Program-made: the position numbers and the translations under genes
Assembly (NCBI GenBank): GCA_964016885.1
Contig: OZ024742.1
Location: 334,180,001-334,244,000, forward strand
DNA: 64,000 nt
From: Eledone cirrhosa
Lineage: Eukaryota
Direction of reading: 5' to 3'
Shown: one piece after another, positions 28,286 to 42,420 of the stretch
How positions within the stretch are numbered: the first letter of the stretch is position 1
Layout of the letters: each line of letters starts with the position of its first letter
The notes under the pieces: model-generated
Seen by the model: the letters and a program-made list of their open reading frames with translations, nothing else
What the model was told of the DNA's origin: nothing
Databases searched by the model: none

Positions 28286-30086
28286 CACACAGATACATTA
28301 TATTTTATATCATTCATTTGCCATTATATTTTCCTTCTCTTACTTTTGATGAGTTTAATTTCTTTCATTATAAATATATTGCTTTTGCTTTTTAACATTA
28401 TATTTTATTGTTTCATTGTGAGGTTTTGAATATAATATTCTGTATTGTCATCAATATTATATTTTACATCCAGGGTTTATTGTGTTGGAACTCCATCAAG
28501 TTCGACGTTGGGTATTCCAGTATTTAGGGTCAACGGAAGGTCCTGCTTCTGAAATTAATGTGCAAGTGGTTTCAACCTTTCATATACACGTATATCCTTA
28601 ACGTAGTCAGATCAGACTGAATCAATATGATACAAAGCACCTTGTTGACTGTTACAAAGAGTTACTCATGAACTTATAATCCTGCGCCGAAAATATTAAA
28701 CACAAAGATAGGTAAATTTTGAATCTGCATATCTCGTTGTTACAACTAATGACAAAACGAAAGAAGGAAAATAATAATAAATGGTGTGGGGAGAAATAGA
28801 GAGGCCTAAAATACTCACCCATGGCTGGACGGTTATAGCATTTGGAACCCTTAGACAAAATAGGGAAATAATAACCATTGAAAAGCGCCGGTGATACCCG
28901 CTGAATAAGTATTCCACCTCCGGAGGTCCCTTATTCAAACGTGATACACATCTGCTTTAACAGAGGTAAACGCCAAACTGAGAACCGAGGATGCCGGCAG
29001 TCTCAATGGTGATTAAAAAGTAATTACATGGTGAGTGTAGGTTGGGGAATATTTTTATAAATATAATATATAATACAATATTGTGCATAGATCTGGACCT
29101 TCGCCCTATGTTTTTGTATAGAACAATAACATATTTCTTCTTTCTGCAAAAGAAGCGTATATATACTAATTTTCTATCAATGGCGTGTATGGGTCTGAGG
29201 TATTCGTAATCTTATATCGCCTGGCTTGAATCCTTAAATTAAGTAGATCCCAATTAAGTAGATTCCAATCCGCTCGAGGTTTCAATATAGTCACTTTCCT
29301 TCGGTGAAAGCAACAAAGACAGAGAAACAGAGGAGTGGGGAATTTATACAGAAGTTGAACCACCCTAGTTCAGGACTGTCACTGTCTTTAACGACATCAA
29401 AAGGATGAAATGCAAAGTTTACCTGAGCGAGATTTGAACTAAGAGCTCAAAGAGACGGGACGAATGACATAACATATTCTATCTGGCGTTATAATGCCTA
29501 TACCAATCTACCACCTTAACTATTTTATTTCACATAAGTGACACGAGCATTTTTTTTTCCTATTCATGGTATGAAATATTTAGACCTTATACTCAATCAG
29601 AATTTCAAACTACGCTCTGATATTCAATATCTTTCACTGTGAACAGCCTTTTGCTTTGAGCTATGATGTAGATTATTTCTACTGTCCAACTACTATTGTT
29701 GTCACCCCAACCAAGAAATACAACAAAAGGTTTTATTTAATTCCTACAGAAACAATCATATAAATGTTACTGAATATGTGCAGCTTATTGGATAATGCTA
29801 TTTATGTTAGCTATTTTAATCTAAACTATAATAAAGTAAGAAGCGCGGGACTGCGTACGGTTTATAATGTTTTATCTCTTTAGTAAAATAAGTTGGATTA
29901 CTTTGAATAAATAATGAATGAATATTACATAATTTATCCACCAAATTTCGTGGCTGTTCATTAAATATATTTTATTACTTATTTAAAGATTCAATTCTTT
30001 AACATTTTCAAATGCCAACACTTCCGGTTAGTGATAATTTAAATAAATATTCATATATTTCTGTCACTAATTTTCTCCTAATGCAA

Positions 30087-30413
30087 ATGTATAATGGATT
30101 ACGTTACTGATTACATAACACAGTCTTCGTTCAATTTCTGTGTATATTGTCAATTACGATTTTATTTGATCATATCTACATGCATATATACTAGCCTATA
30201 ATATCAATATACACACTACGCATGCTAGCAGATATATAATATCGTCTTTTTTAATGTATCATGGATTATGTTACTGATTACATAAGAGAGTGTAACACAG
30301 TTTTCGTTCAATTTCTGTGTATATTGTCAATTACAATTTTATTTGATATATCATATATACATGCATATATACTTGCGTATAATATCAATATACACACTAC
30401 ACATGCTAGCAGA
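30087..30413 (+). repeat. Imperfect ~165-bp local tandem duplication
   Basis: ATGGATTAYGTTACTGATTACATAA...CATGCTAGCAGA occurs twice. Confidence 0.85.
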
Positions 30414-31072
30414 AAACGACCCGAAGGGTGGTTTCTCTGCTAGTTTATTTAATATTTAATTTTATTTGTACATCTATGGTGTATGCATTCAGAAATTCTA
30501 ACTTTGAATAAAATTAACAGTATCCGATTTTTGTTGTTAATGTTCAGCATATTGAACCTGGGTGTAAAAATAGATGTATCTGATTGTCCTAAATTAATTT
30601 AAAATTAAATCTTGGACAATTCAAACTTTTTTATTACTTATTTTCCACAAAATCGTTGTGTTTTCCATAACTAGCTTGCAAAACTGCATCTATTAATCAA
30701 AGGGAAAAGATCCCATAATTGTTTCAAAGACTGAACCGAAGGTATTTACATATATTAAGACACGCGTCTATAGATGAAGGTGAAATATCTAGCAGCATAC
30801 CGTACTTACATTTAACTAGATTTGAATCTTTAATCTATAATTGATAGAGAAATTTAGTACAGTTGTCGGGTGAAATATTTATCATCAATAGAAAACAATA
30901 TATAAAGTTGATTTGATATAACGGCTCAGGTTTCATGATTAGTATTATCTAAAATGAAACAAAAATAAATTTTTCTACTAAATGGAAAACTGATTGAGAA
31001 GAAAAATATGCCAAATGAATGTGATAAATGATATTAATGACAATAAATATTAACATATTCTTAAGTAATTAA

Positions 31073-31313
31073 CCCTTTCGTCAAAATATTTCTAATGAAT
31101 GACGTTTCTTATGATTTTCACATAATTTAGAAATTATTCAAGAATGTTGTGGAGTTTATTAAAGTAACTAACTTTCTCATTATTTAGCTAGGGTTTGGAA
31201 TATAACAAAACATCATACAATGGACGGTTTAAATGTAAACATGAATACGCTAAAACAAATTGCTTTTCACCACAGAACGAGAGATGCTTTCAGGTGGTTA
31301 AATATCAAAAGGG
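31073..31313. mobile_element. Probable piggyBac-type MITE
   Basis: TTAA|CCCTTTCG ... CAAAAGGG|TTAA termini. Confidence 0.55.
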
Positions 31314-33796
31314 TTAAAAGTATGAAGATATCCGTCACAAGTAGCCTTCGGTTGGAGATGAACCATGCTACCAAGTAGTATAATTCTACTGGAGAGTAGT
31401 TGTTGGTTTCAACCATACAAGTTTAAATGATTTCTTGTGTGAAGAACATTTACTTCTAGTACCGTACGTAACCTTAGGAACTCCAGCCATTTTGAAAATT
31501 ATATGAGAGATGGAAGTATACAGAGAAGCATGAAATACATAATTCCTTTCAAAAATGCATTTTATTGAAGTGTTTGATGCTTGAGAGGGTAGAGAATTAA
31601 AGGAAGCAGCGCTGTAGGCGAAGTCTTATGAGAGAACAACTTTGAAAGCTATATTCTTTGTTAGAGTCTTGTCACCTCTGAGAATTGTTAACTATTAATT
31701 ATATATTTACGTGAAGAAATGAACACGCCATTAGAAAGAGCTACATACGATTCTAAATGGAAAAATACATGTTCGCGTCTCTCTGCCTTTACATTTCGCT
31801 TATGTCATTACATTATAGAAAATAGCTTCAAAGTATAATGCATCCAGCAAAAGCTTTGAACAGTTTTAAATATGGAACGTCTATAACGATACACCTACGC
31901 TGTAAATGCATAATGCCCGGTGCCACATATGTGTTTTCATATCAGGAAAATATGCATATCCCAAGATTTGAACATGATCTCAGTGATTGAAATTCAATAC
32001 TACCAATCTGATCTGAGAATTCCCTCTTTCGCTCTCCCTCTCTATATATTTACCTATCTGTTTATCTCCCTATCTATCTTTATCTCTTCGTCTTTCAATA
32101 TAATATAGTTTAGGATAGATTACAACAAACGTATCAAATAATAATTGATTGATGCTATCAAATTGTCTTTTCATATTTTGCAAGCTATTTATTTTTATCA
32201 AATTGGTTATTTTCTACCAAAGTAGCTCCTTATCCATATATTTGTTGGGAGCTTTTGGGTGGAAGTAGAGTTTAACATTTTAAGGGTCAATTGATTCAAT
32301 AGATCCAATAGAATATTCAATTGATTAAGGTAGAAAATTCTTATCATTTTTATATAAGATATAAATAAACGTAGCAGTATGGTGACATGTGTGATGTGAG
32401 GGGTTGCTTTCTACAGGGGCATCGGCTTAATTGGGCCAAAATATCAAGAATGTTATAGAGTTTGATTTAGGTAGCGGTGCAGTAGCAATAAAAATAAAAA
32501 TACAGATGGTTGAAAGGGCTCCTTCAGTGGGGGTATGCGTTTATTAATACTAAGTCTAGAAATTCTACTAAAATTTGAAAGCTTGGAAAAAAAAAATCTT
32601 AGTAAAAATCCCAAATTTCCAATCGTGAATTTTGTGTATTTTTTGTTCACCTTTGGCAATAATCGTTTTTGGAAAATAGATTATTTTCTTTTATCTTGTT
32701 AAGTGTGCGTTCGTGTGGTTGTAAGTGTGCGCCTGTATGAGTGGATGTTCAGGTGCATGTGTTTGTGCACGTGTATGTGTGGGTGCGCGCGCGTGGATGG
32801 TTGTGTGTGCGTGGTTGTACCTAGATAAATTCACTTGCAGTATATTATATTCAGAGGTAACCAAATGTGTTACTGACATCTAGAGTTCATTATGTAATAT
32901 GTTGTGGATAACAGGTACACGCTTAAGTATGGCTTATATGTGTTAATAAATTGTATTTATTTATTGATTCACTGCTCTGTAATTGAATCTGAGCATTTGC
33001 AGAAGGGGAATATTTTAAAATTGGTTTAATTCATTCCGGCACATGTTGCAATGTGATTACCTCAGAGACTTCAGCTGGTCTCTTCATCATAGATTGTTTT
33101 CGGTATATGGTCGTTATTTTCATAATAAAAATCCCGTCTCTTCTATATAATGTTGCAAGAAAATGAAGCATGTTTTCACATAAATCAGGTTTCCAGATAT
33201 GAAGGTGTCCATCTTAAATATGAATTCTGTTACTTCAATTAGGTAAAAGCAGGTACGACAATTTGAACATCTGTCTTTCGTAACTAAGCTTGGGAATTTC
33301 TTTGTAGAATTTTGTTATTATATTAGCCTCGTATAGAATGGGAAGATTTTAGTTGAGGTTGTCAATTATTTCGATATTTCTCAGATTGAAAGAAGACACA
33401 TATGGTGAAAGAATTATTCTCGATCTCATTTATGTTGTACCCTAAGTGACTAGATGTTTTATGTCTTCTATTCCATAAGTGAAAATACTCATAGGATAAG
33501 GATATATTTCAGATCGTCTAGTATTTGATCACGTTTAGTCAAGCCAGATATTAGTTATAATCAGTACATTTTTTTCAGATAGAGCCATTCAAGCATAATA
33601 AAAAGAATTTTCTTTTAACCTATCTAACAGGATATGTATATTATTATCGGACCCAACAAAACGTAATCAACATAAGACGAACTATATATACTTACGTAAC
33701 AATAACAGGGAATACACGTAACTACATCATCCACAAAACCCTCCATACCTATTAAGATGTTGCTTGACATAACCCAATGCATTATATATATAGTGA

Positions 33797-33935
33797 AATA
33801 ATTGTTTCTACTTTAGGCACAAGACCAGCCATTACCCAGTGCATTACTGGTACTTTATTTTATCGACCCCGTAAGGATGAAAGGCAAAGTTAACCTCGGC
33901 GGGATTTGAACTCAGAATGGCAAGGGCCGTAATTC
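33797..33935 (-). mobile_element. Family-A SINE, 5' truncated
   Basis: Tail, core and reverse B-box. Confidence 0.85.
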
Positions 33936-33996
33936 AATAATTTAATGTAATATAATCATTGTTTTTTTATTCATTATATATATATATACATCATAC

Positions 33997-34066
<70 letters not shown>

Positions 34067-34067
34067 T

Positions 34068-34175
<108 letters not shown>

Positions 34176-34227
34176 GTGTGTGTATGAATAAAAAACAATG
34201 ATTAATTTACATTATATTATGTTATTC

Positions 34228-34346
34228 ATCTGAGTTCAAATCCCTCCGATGTTAACTTTGCCTTTCATCCTTATGGGCTCGATAAAATAAGTACCAGTAA
34301 TGTACTGGGTTATTGCAGGCCTTGTGCCTAAAATAGAAACAATTAT
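34228..34346 (+). mobile_element. Family-A SINE, 5' truncated
   Basis: GAGTTCAAATCC B-box, core, tail. Confidence 0.85.
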
Positions 34347-34402
34347 ATTATGTTATTCATTCATGAACGTTTCTATGAATACAGTATGACATTACATCTC
34401 TC

Positions 34403-36112
<1,710 letters not shown>

Positions 36113-36252
36113 ACTATATATATACATATATATAAATTGTGTGTGTGTGTATGTGTTACATGTAGGTGTAATATATCTATGTCTATATGAAAGTATATAT
36201 ATATATATACATATCTTCATATATATATCTGTGTGTGTTGTTGTGTATGTGC

Positions 36253-36332
<80 letters not shown>

Positions 36333-37282
36333 TTACCCCTAGAATACTGAAGATATATAGACATATGTATTTCATAGTTACATGTCAGCATTTAAATTAA
36401 GCTTCTATGAATGACGTCATGTATATATCTGAATATAACGTTGCATACATAAGTATATGTAAACTTTGGTGTGTATAAGCGCGAGAGGTATACGGAGGTA
36501 AAACTGTCGACAGAGAGTGACAGCGAGGAGAAGACTATAAATTAAGGTGATGATATTTGGAAAAGGGCAGATGGGAGTTACATTCGCTGCTGATGGTGTT
36601 GAGAGGTAGTGGCGGAAGGTGGCGAACGCTACGTCAAATATGATTATTGTTAAGAAAACTGTAGGTGGCAGATCAGTAACAGCCAATTGACTTGATTTGT
36701 CAAATATAAAGATATCCTGCTCCTATTCTTTCCCTTTCCCAGAGCATTCATATAATTTAGAGAAACTTAGTATATTTGTGTGTTTGTGTGTGTGTTTTTT
36801 TTTGGGGGGGGGGGTCGTTTATATGTGTATGCGTGTACATGTTTTTGTGTGCATGTCTTTGTGTGTGTGTTTGTGTAGAGCGCGTGGGATATGTTTATAT
36901 GTGCGCTAGAGACAGCGGATAGGAAGAGAAAAAAAGACCTACGTCGAAAGCTGAGAGAGTAGGTGAATTGCATGCTCACTTCATGTATAAATTTTCTCTC
37001 ATCGACGCAATATTAATATATTCTCGAAGTTGTATTCAACAAACGTTAAAAAATATGGCTATATATAAACTGTGTGTGTATATCGTATGAAAAACGGGAA
37101 GACTTCAAACAATTGACTACCGTCGAACTATCGAGGTTAAAATCCTTTCAGGGTTGTTGAGTTCCTGAGAAGATAGGAAGGGAGACAATAACGAAGATCA
37201 GATGTGGTCGGGTTTTTAAACAAAATTAACATTGCAATGTGTTTATGAAATATTGAACAAATAGTAAAGTTTCGCGCATATA

Positions 37283-37388
37283 TAATTGTTTCTACTTTTT
37301 GGCACAAGGCCAGCAATTACCCAGTACATTACTGGTACTTTATTTTATCAACCCCGTAAGGATTTAAGGCAACGTTAACCTCGACGGC
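37283..37388 (-). mobile_element. Family-A SINE 3' fragment
   Basis: Tail and core. Confidence 0.8.
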
Positions 37389-37620
37389 ATTACGCGCATA
37401 TATAATCTCTGTGAATATTATATATAAGGGAAATATAATATAAGGGAAAAAAGGAATCAATGTTGCATTATATACATATTTAATCACATATATAATATGT
37501 TTCACTATCGATCAGCTCCAGAAACGATCGATTAATGATCGATCCTGACACTGGAATCGGAAACTCCTCATATATGTGTTCATATGTAGACTCGCGTCTA
37601 TATATATATATATATATATA

Positions 37621-37778
37621 ACGAAGGAAATGTGGTAAGGAACCAGGTGGACCATAACGCACCAAAGTACTCAATACTTAGGGTAGTAGAGTGGGTAATA
37701 GGAACAAGTAAGACCCCGACGGCTGAGCTCTAGCCGTTTCGACGGCTTGAGCTCAGCCGTCGGGGTCTTACTTGTTCC

Positions 37779-37782
<4 letters not shown>
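37621..37782 (-). mobile_element. Family F element ending in a near-perfect ~40-bp-arm palindrome
   Basis: Palindrome 37698-37781 is centred on AGCCGTTTCGACGGCT. Flanked by (AT)n. Confidence 0.85.
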
Positions 37783-37810
<28 letters not shown>

Positions 37811-37812
37811 TT

Positions 37813-37847
<35 letters not shown>

Positions 37848-37904
37848 ATTTATATATATATATATATATATATATTTATTATTTATATATATATATATAT
37901 ATAT

Positions 37905-38571
37905 AGGAATCTAGGAGCAGTTTAGGTATGATACATTTTATTACTAATTATATCTAAATGTTTCTTCTCTCTTCATAATGTATTTTTAACTTCTGCTACT
38001 GGTTCAGTCCAGTTCAACCGGATTGGTCTGTCCCAGTCATTCATTGAGCAACATCGGTGAAGTTGGCACCCTTAACTCACGGTTGGATGTGGATGCATTC
38101 ATGTATATGTGTGTGTCCGCATGTATCTGTGTGTTTCTAAATATATTGTTAATAACTCCCTCTGGTCGAGCAATCTTTGAGGTGTGGAGACTGCTGGAAA
38201 GCTTCCATTACTCATACTTCTCGCCTCCTTCACCACCTCTTCTACGGCTTCGATATAAATACCCCCTCCGCCTCCGTGGTATTTTCTTCGGGGTTATAAG
38301 AGGCTTAGCTCTGTTTCTCGACTGTTATATCGCGTGGCTATCTCCCCCTCCGCCTTTTGGGATTCTTTATCACGTCGTGTGGACGCGTTCTTGAGACTAG
38401 TAAATTGAGGTATCCTCTTGATAAGTCGGCAGACCTCGCAAGGACTCTATATCTTTATGATGTATTGTTTTTGTTTATGCCACGAAACTACGTAGTCGAG
38501 GAATCTAGGAGCAGTTTAGGTATGATACATTTTATTACTAATTATATCTAAATGTTTCTTCTCTCTTCCTA

Positions 38572-38576
<5 letters not shown>
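37905..38576 (+). mobile_element. Non-coding retrozyme/mini-PLE unit: 594-bp monomer plus ~78-bp terminal direct repeat
   Basis: AGGAATCTAGGAGCAG...TAATGTAT at 37905 and 38499. (AT)n on both sides. An HHR lies immediately before the second repeat. Confidence 0.8.
38413..38502 (+). ncRNA. Type-I hammerhead ribozyme with U3-A8 covariant core
   Basis: TCCTC-TTGATAA-GT(C)GGCA...TGCCAC-GAAA-CTACGTAG-TC^GAGGA. ACTACGTAGT is a perfect palindrome. Confidence 0.75.
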
Positions 38577-38617
<41 letters not shown>

Positions 38618-38938
38618 ATTTTGTGTTGAGCACGAACATTCGAATATACGAATCGCTGAAAAATGAATAAATACATTGATCGAAGACATAAGATGTTCAA
38701 TCGGTGAAAATAATTTATTACAATAAATTGGTATACAATAGCTTATACAAATCTGGTAAAGACCTATGGAGACAGAAAGTGATGCTGTCAGTGACCGCTA
38801 CGAAGAATTGGAATCCGTACCTTTCAGATACTGGCTAAGTGCTCTCACAATTGAACAAAGGAACCTCTGATTTTTACAAGCTATTTTATACCAATTGACA
38901 GTAATTGCAGTTATTTTCTACACTCGAGCATCCTACAC

Positions 38939-38982
<44 letters not shown>

Positions 38983-39277
38983 AATAAAAACAAATAACGA
39001 AACGAAATTAAATTTCGTTTCGTCTGTAACTCACTTTTGTATGACTGACGCTTAAACAATTAAGTTAAAAATGTACATCCACATATGTATACTGAAATAC
39101 TAGTATGCATATGAATACACACACGTATACATATGTAGATGTACCGAGTTTTTCACTGGTCACTTTACTGTGAGTGTCCAGCTATTCTGTATGTAAACAC
39201 ACAGACAAACCTGTTTTTAGAGTCATACTGGTTTTTGAGGAAACACCTTTCCTCTATTCTCCGAAAGCCAGACAAGG

Positions 39278-39322
39278 AATATTGAACTAGTTTCGATGTT
39301 GTTACATCTCATCAGCAATATT
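39278..39322 (-). ncRNA. Minimal hammerhead ribozyme (inverted copy)
   Basis: Reverse complement of 39827-39871. Confidence 0.85.
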
Positions 39323-39826
39323 TACCTATCTTCCGGCCTTTCTAGAGAATCGTAAAAGCACATATCGTTATATGCTTTTTCTATGAAAATTAGTAGTGGG
39401 CAGACTAATTTGCATAGAGCGTGAGTACGTACCGGTTCAACGGAGACGATAAAAACAAATAACGACACGAAATTAATTTCTGTGTGTTTACAGACAGAAT
39501 AGCTGGACACTCACAGTAAAGTGACCAGTGAAAAACTCGGTACATCTACATATGTATACGTGTGTGTATTCATATGCATACTAGTATTTCAGTATACATA
39601 TGTGGATGTACATTTTTAACTTAATTGTTTAACCGTCAGTCATACAAAAGTGAGTTACAAACGAAACGAAATTTAATTTCGTTTCGTTATTTGTTTTTAT
39701 CGTCTCCGTTGAACCGGTACTTACTCACGCTCTATGCAAATTAGTCTGCCCACTACTAATTTTCATAGAAAAAGCATATAACGATATGTGCTTTTACGAT
39801 TCTCTAGAAAGGCCGGAAGATAGGTA

Positions 39827-39871
39827 AATATTGCTGATGAGATGTAACAACATCGAAACTAGTTCAATATT
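39827..39871 (+). ncRNA. Minimal type-I hammerhead ribozyme
   Basis: AATATTG-CTGATGA-GATG TAACAA CATC-GAAA-CTAG-TT^CAATATT. Helix I is 7 bp and ACTAGT is palindromic. Confidence 0.88.
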
Positions 39872-40091
39872 TCTTGTCTGGCTTTCTGGAGAATAGAGGA
39901 AAGGTGTTTCCTCAAAAACCAGTATGACTCTAAAAACCGGTTTGTCTGTGTGTTTACATACAGAATAGCTGGACACTCACAGTAAAGTGACCAGTGAAAA
40001 ACTCGGTGCATCTACATATGTATACGTGTGTGTATTCATATGCATACTAGTATTTCAGTATAGATATGTGGATGTACATTTTTAACTTAAT

Positions 40092-40160
<69 letters not shown>

Positions 40161-40281
40161 AATGAATAATAACAGGTAGACATCATAAAAAGGTAGTTTA
40201 TTCCGTGTGCTTACAAGTGTTTCCACGGTGGTACTGCAGCCTAGTTCCGCTACGTGCAAATTCACAAGTATTTGCAGAACT

Positions 40282-41000
40282 GTCATTCTTTAAATTAATC
40301 AATAAACACTTCCCTAGTTCCCATAAGTACAGCAAAATTCTGAACTCCAAAACTATTAGACTATCATACTCCACGGCACCAAACCTTGAAGCATACATAA
40401 AAAAACTTAACTTAAGGCAATTAAACAACTCTACAAAACAAAACATTTTAGTAACAGATGGGCAGAACGCAATATCTGCCTCCCAACCACTAAATGGGAG
40501 ACGGGTATTGCACAACCCACCTGTACCGCTATCACAACCTATCCATGGTATACCCGCTACCCACAACAAAGCATGTAACTGCCATCTACCTGAAAGATGT
40601 CCATTGCAGAATGAATGCCTAAAGTCCAACATTGTTTACCAATGCACGGTTGAATCGGACGACCAGAAATGGTATTATATCGGATCTACCACCACATCGT
40701 TTAAATCTCGCTGGTACCGTTATCGATTCTCAATCAAACATCAGAATCACCGTTTTAGTGACCACGCTCGCCAACAAGACCTGGCAACTCCGTGAACACA
40801 ACCAACAGTTCACCTTAAAATGGGATATACTTTCCAGCGCAAATGCATATCGGAGTGGTTTGAAGTACTGCAGGTTATGTAACCTTGAGCTATTTTACAT
40901 ACTAAAATCCCAAAACAAACTACTTAACGATAGAATTGAACGATCATTATACTGCAACCACAAACTAAAAGCTAAATTCTCTCACTATAAAATAACTTAA
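40282..41000 (+). pseudogene. PLE linker and GIY-YIG endonuclease, frameshifted near 40760
   Basis: FKLINKHFP..HK..KILN..TIRLSYS, CNC...CPLQNECL..NIVYQCTV...YYIGST..FK.RW, then W.IL..A..Y......CRLCNLE. The Cys pattern is Naiad/Neptune-like, but the clade is not certain. Confidence 0.9.
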
Positions 41001-41495
41001 CATTCGAACCCGTAACTACAACACCACTTTCTAGCTAACAACCTTCTCTTCTCCCCCACACTACAAGACAATACACTGCTTATCACTATACATGGTAACT
41101 CAGTACAATTCCTAGATTACTACTACAAAACCAAAAGTTCACTCACCACATATACTTTATCTGTCCCCTCTCTACCTATATATCTCTCTCTACATCCATT
41201 ACACTCTCTCTCTCTCTCACCTTTGACCTACCTCCCTCTCAACATCTATGAACTTGACCTCTGGGGCAATAAATAATTCCGACCTCAACTATCTACGCAT
41301 CTCTCCAAAAGTAACTAATAAAACCCCTACCATAACATTTTGATTAAGATATCTACAAGCCACTCTCTCCTACATCTCCAACCCCTGCATATCTTTCCTT
41401 CTCTCTCCATCTTCCCTACTTTTCTCTCTTCCTGTTCCACTCTATCTTCCCCAACAACCCCACTTAAGGGTTTTTACATTGTATATTTACCATTC

Positions 41496-41607
41496 TGCTC
41501 TGAGGAAACAGTGGTCACTGCATTGGATATTCGAGTTCTGCAAATACTTGTGAATTTGCACGTAGCGGAACTAGGCTGCAGTACCACCGTGGAAACACTT
41601 GTAAGCA
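41496..41607 (+). ncRNA. Hammerhead ribozyme with very long helix II in PLE pLTR
   Basis: TGCT-CTGAGGA-AACAGTGGT(C)ACTGCA...TGCAGTACCACCGTG-GAAA-CACTTG-TA^AGCA. Confidence 0.7.
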
Positions 41608-41799
41608 CACGGAATAAACTACCTTTTTATGATGTCTACCTGTTATTATTCATTCTTTATATACACTCCGGAATACTGAAGGATCAGGAACTAAGTTTCT
41701 TGAACAATTCTTCCATAACTCGTAGAGTAACCTCTTACCGTACGTCAACCATATCCAGTGTAGTAATTAACCATCACTGCATTTTGGATAATCCTATAC

Positions 41800-42265
<466 letters not shown>

Positions 42266-42266
42266 G

Positions 42267-42420
42267 ATAGATGAGATTCTACAGGACTAGAACTGTTCAT
42301 AGAATGAAACAGTTCTAGTCCTGTAGAATCTCATCTATATTAAAACTGTTATACTCTGCTATGTATTGAGTACCTTACTTACTGTCGTTACCTCCGATCC
42401 AACCCAGAATAACGATAACG
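42267..42420 (+). mobile_element. Short fold-back element (31-bp-arm hairpin 42267-42338 plus tail) in (AT)n
   Basis: The hairpin apex lies just 5' of GAAACAGTTCTAGTC. The tail ACTCTGCTATGTATTGAGTAC resembles the family F tail ACTCTACTACCCTAAGTATTGAGTAC. Confidence 0.7.

Larger units (their letters stand above)
38983..40093. mobile_element. Retrozyme-like element: 466-bp monomer, ~1.3 tandem copies (+) fused to ~1.07 inverted copies (-), in (AT)n
   Basis: TGTGTGTTTACA..CAGAATAGCTGGAC at 39481 and 39947. 38983-39480 is a circularly permuted reverse complement. Confidence 0.85.
40155..41663 (+). mobile_element. 5'-truncated Penelope-like element with ~128-bp inverted pLTR segment at its 5' end
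   Basis: 40155-40281 is the reverse complement of 41535-41661. Contains a GIY-YIG ORF remnant, a pyrimidine-rich 3' UTR and an HHR. Confidence 0.9.
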
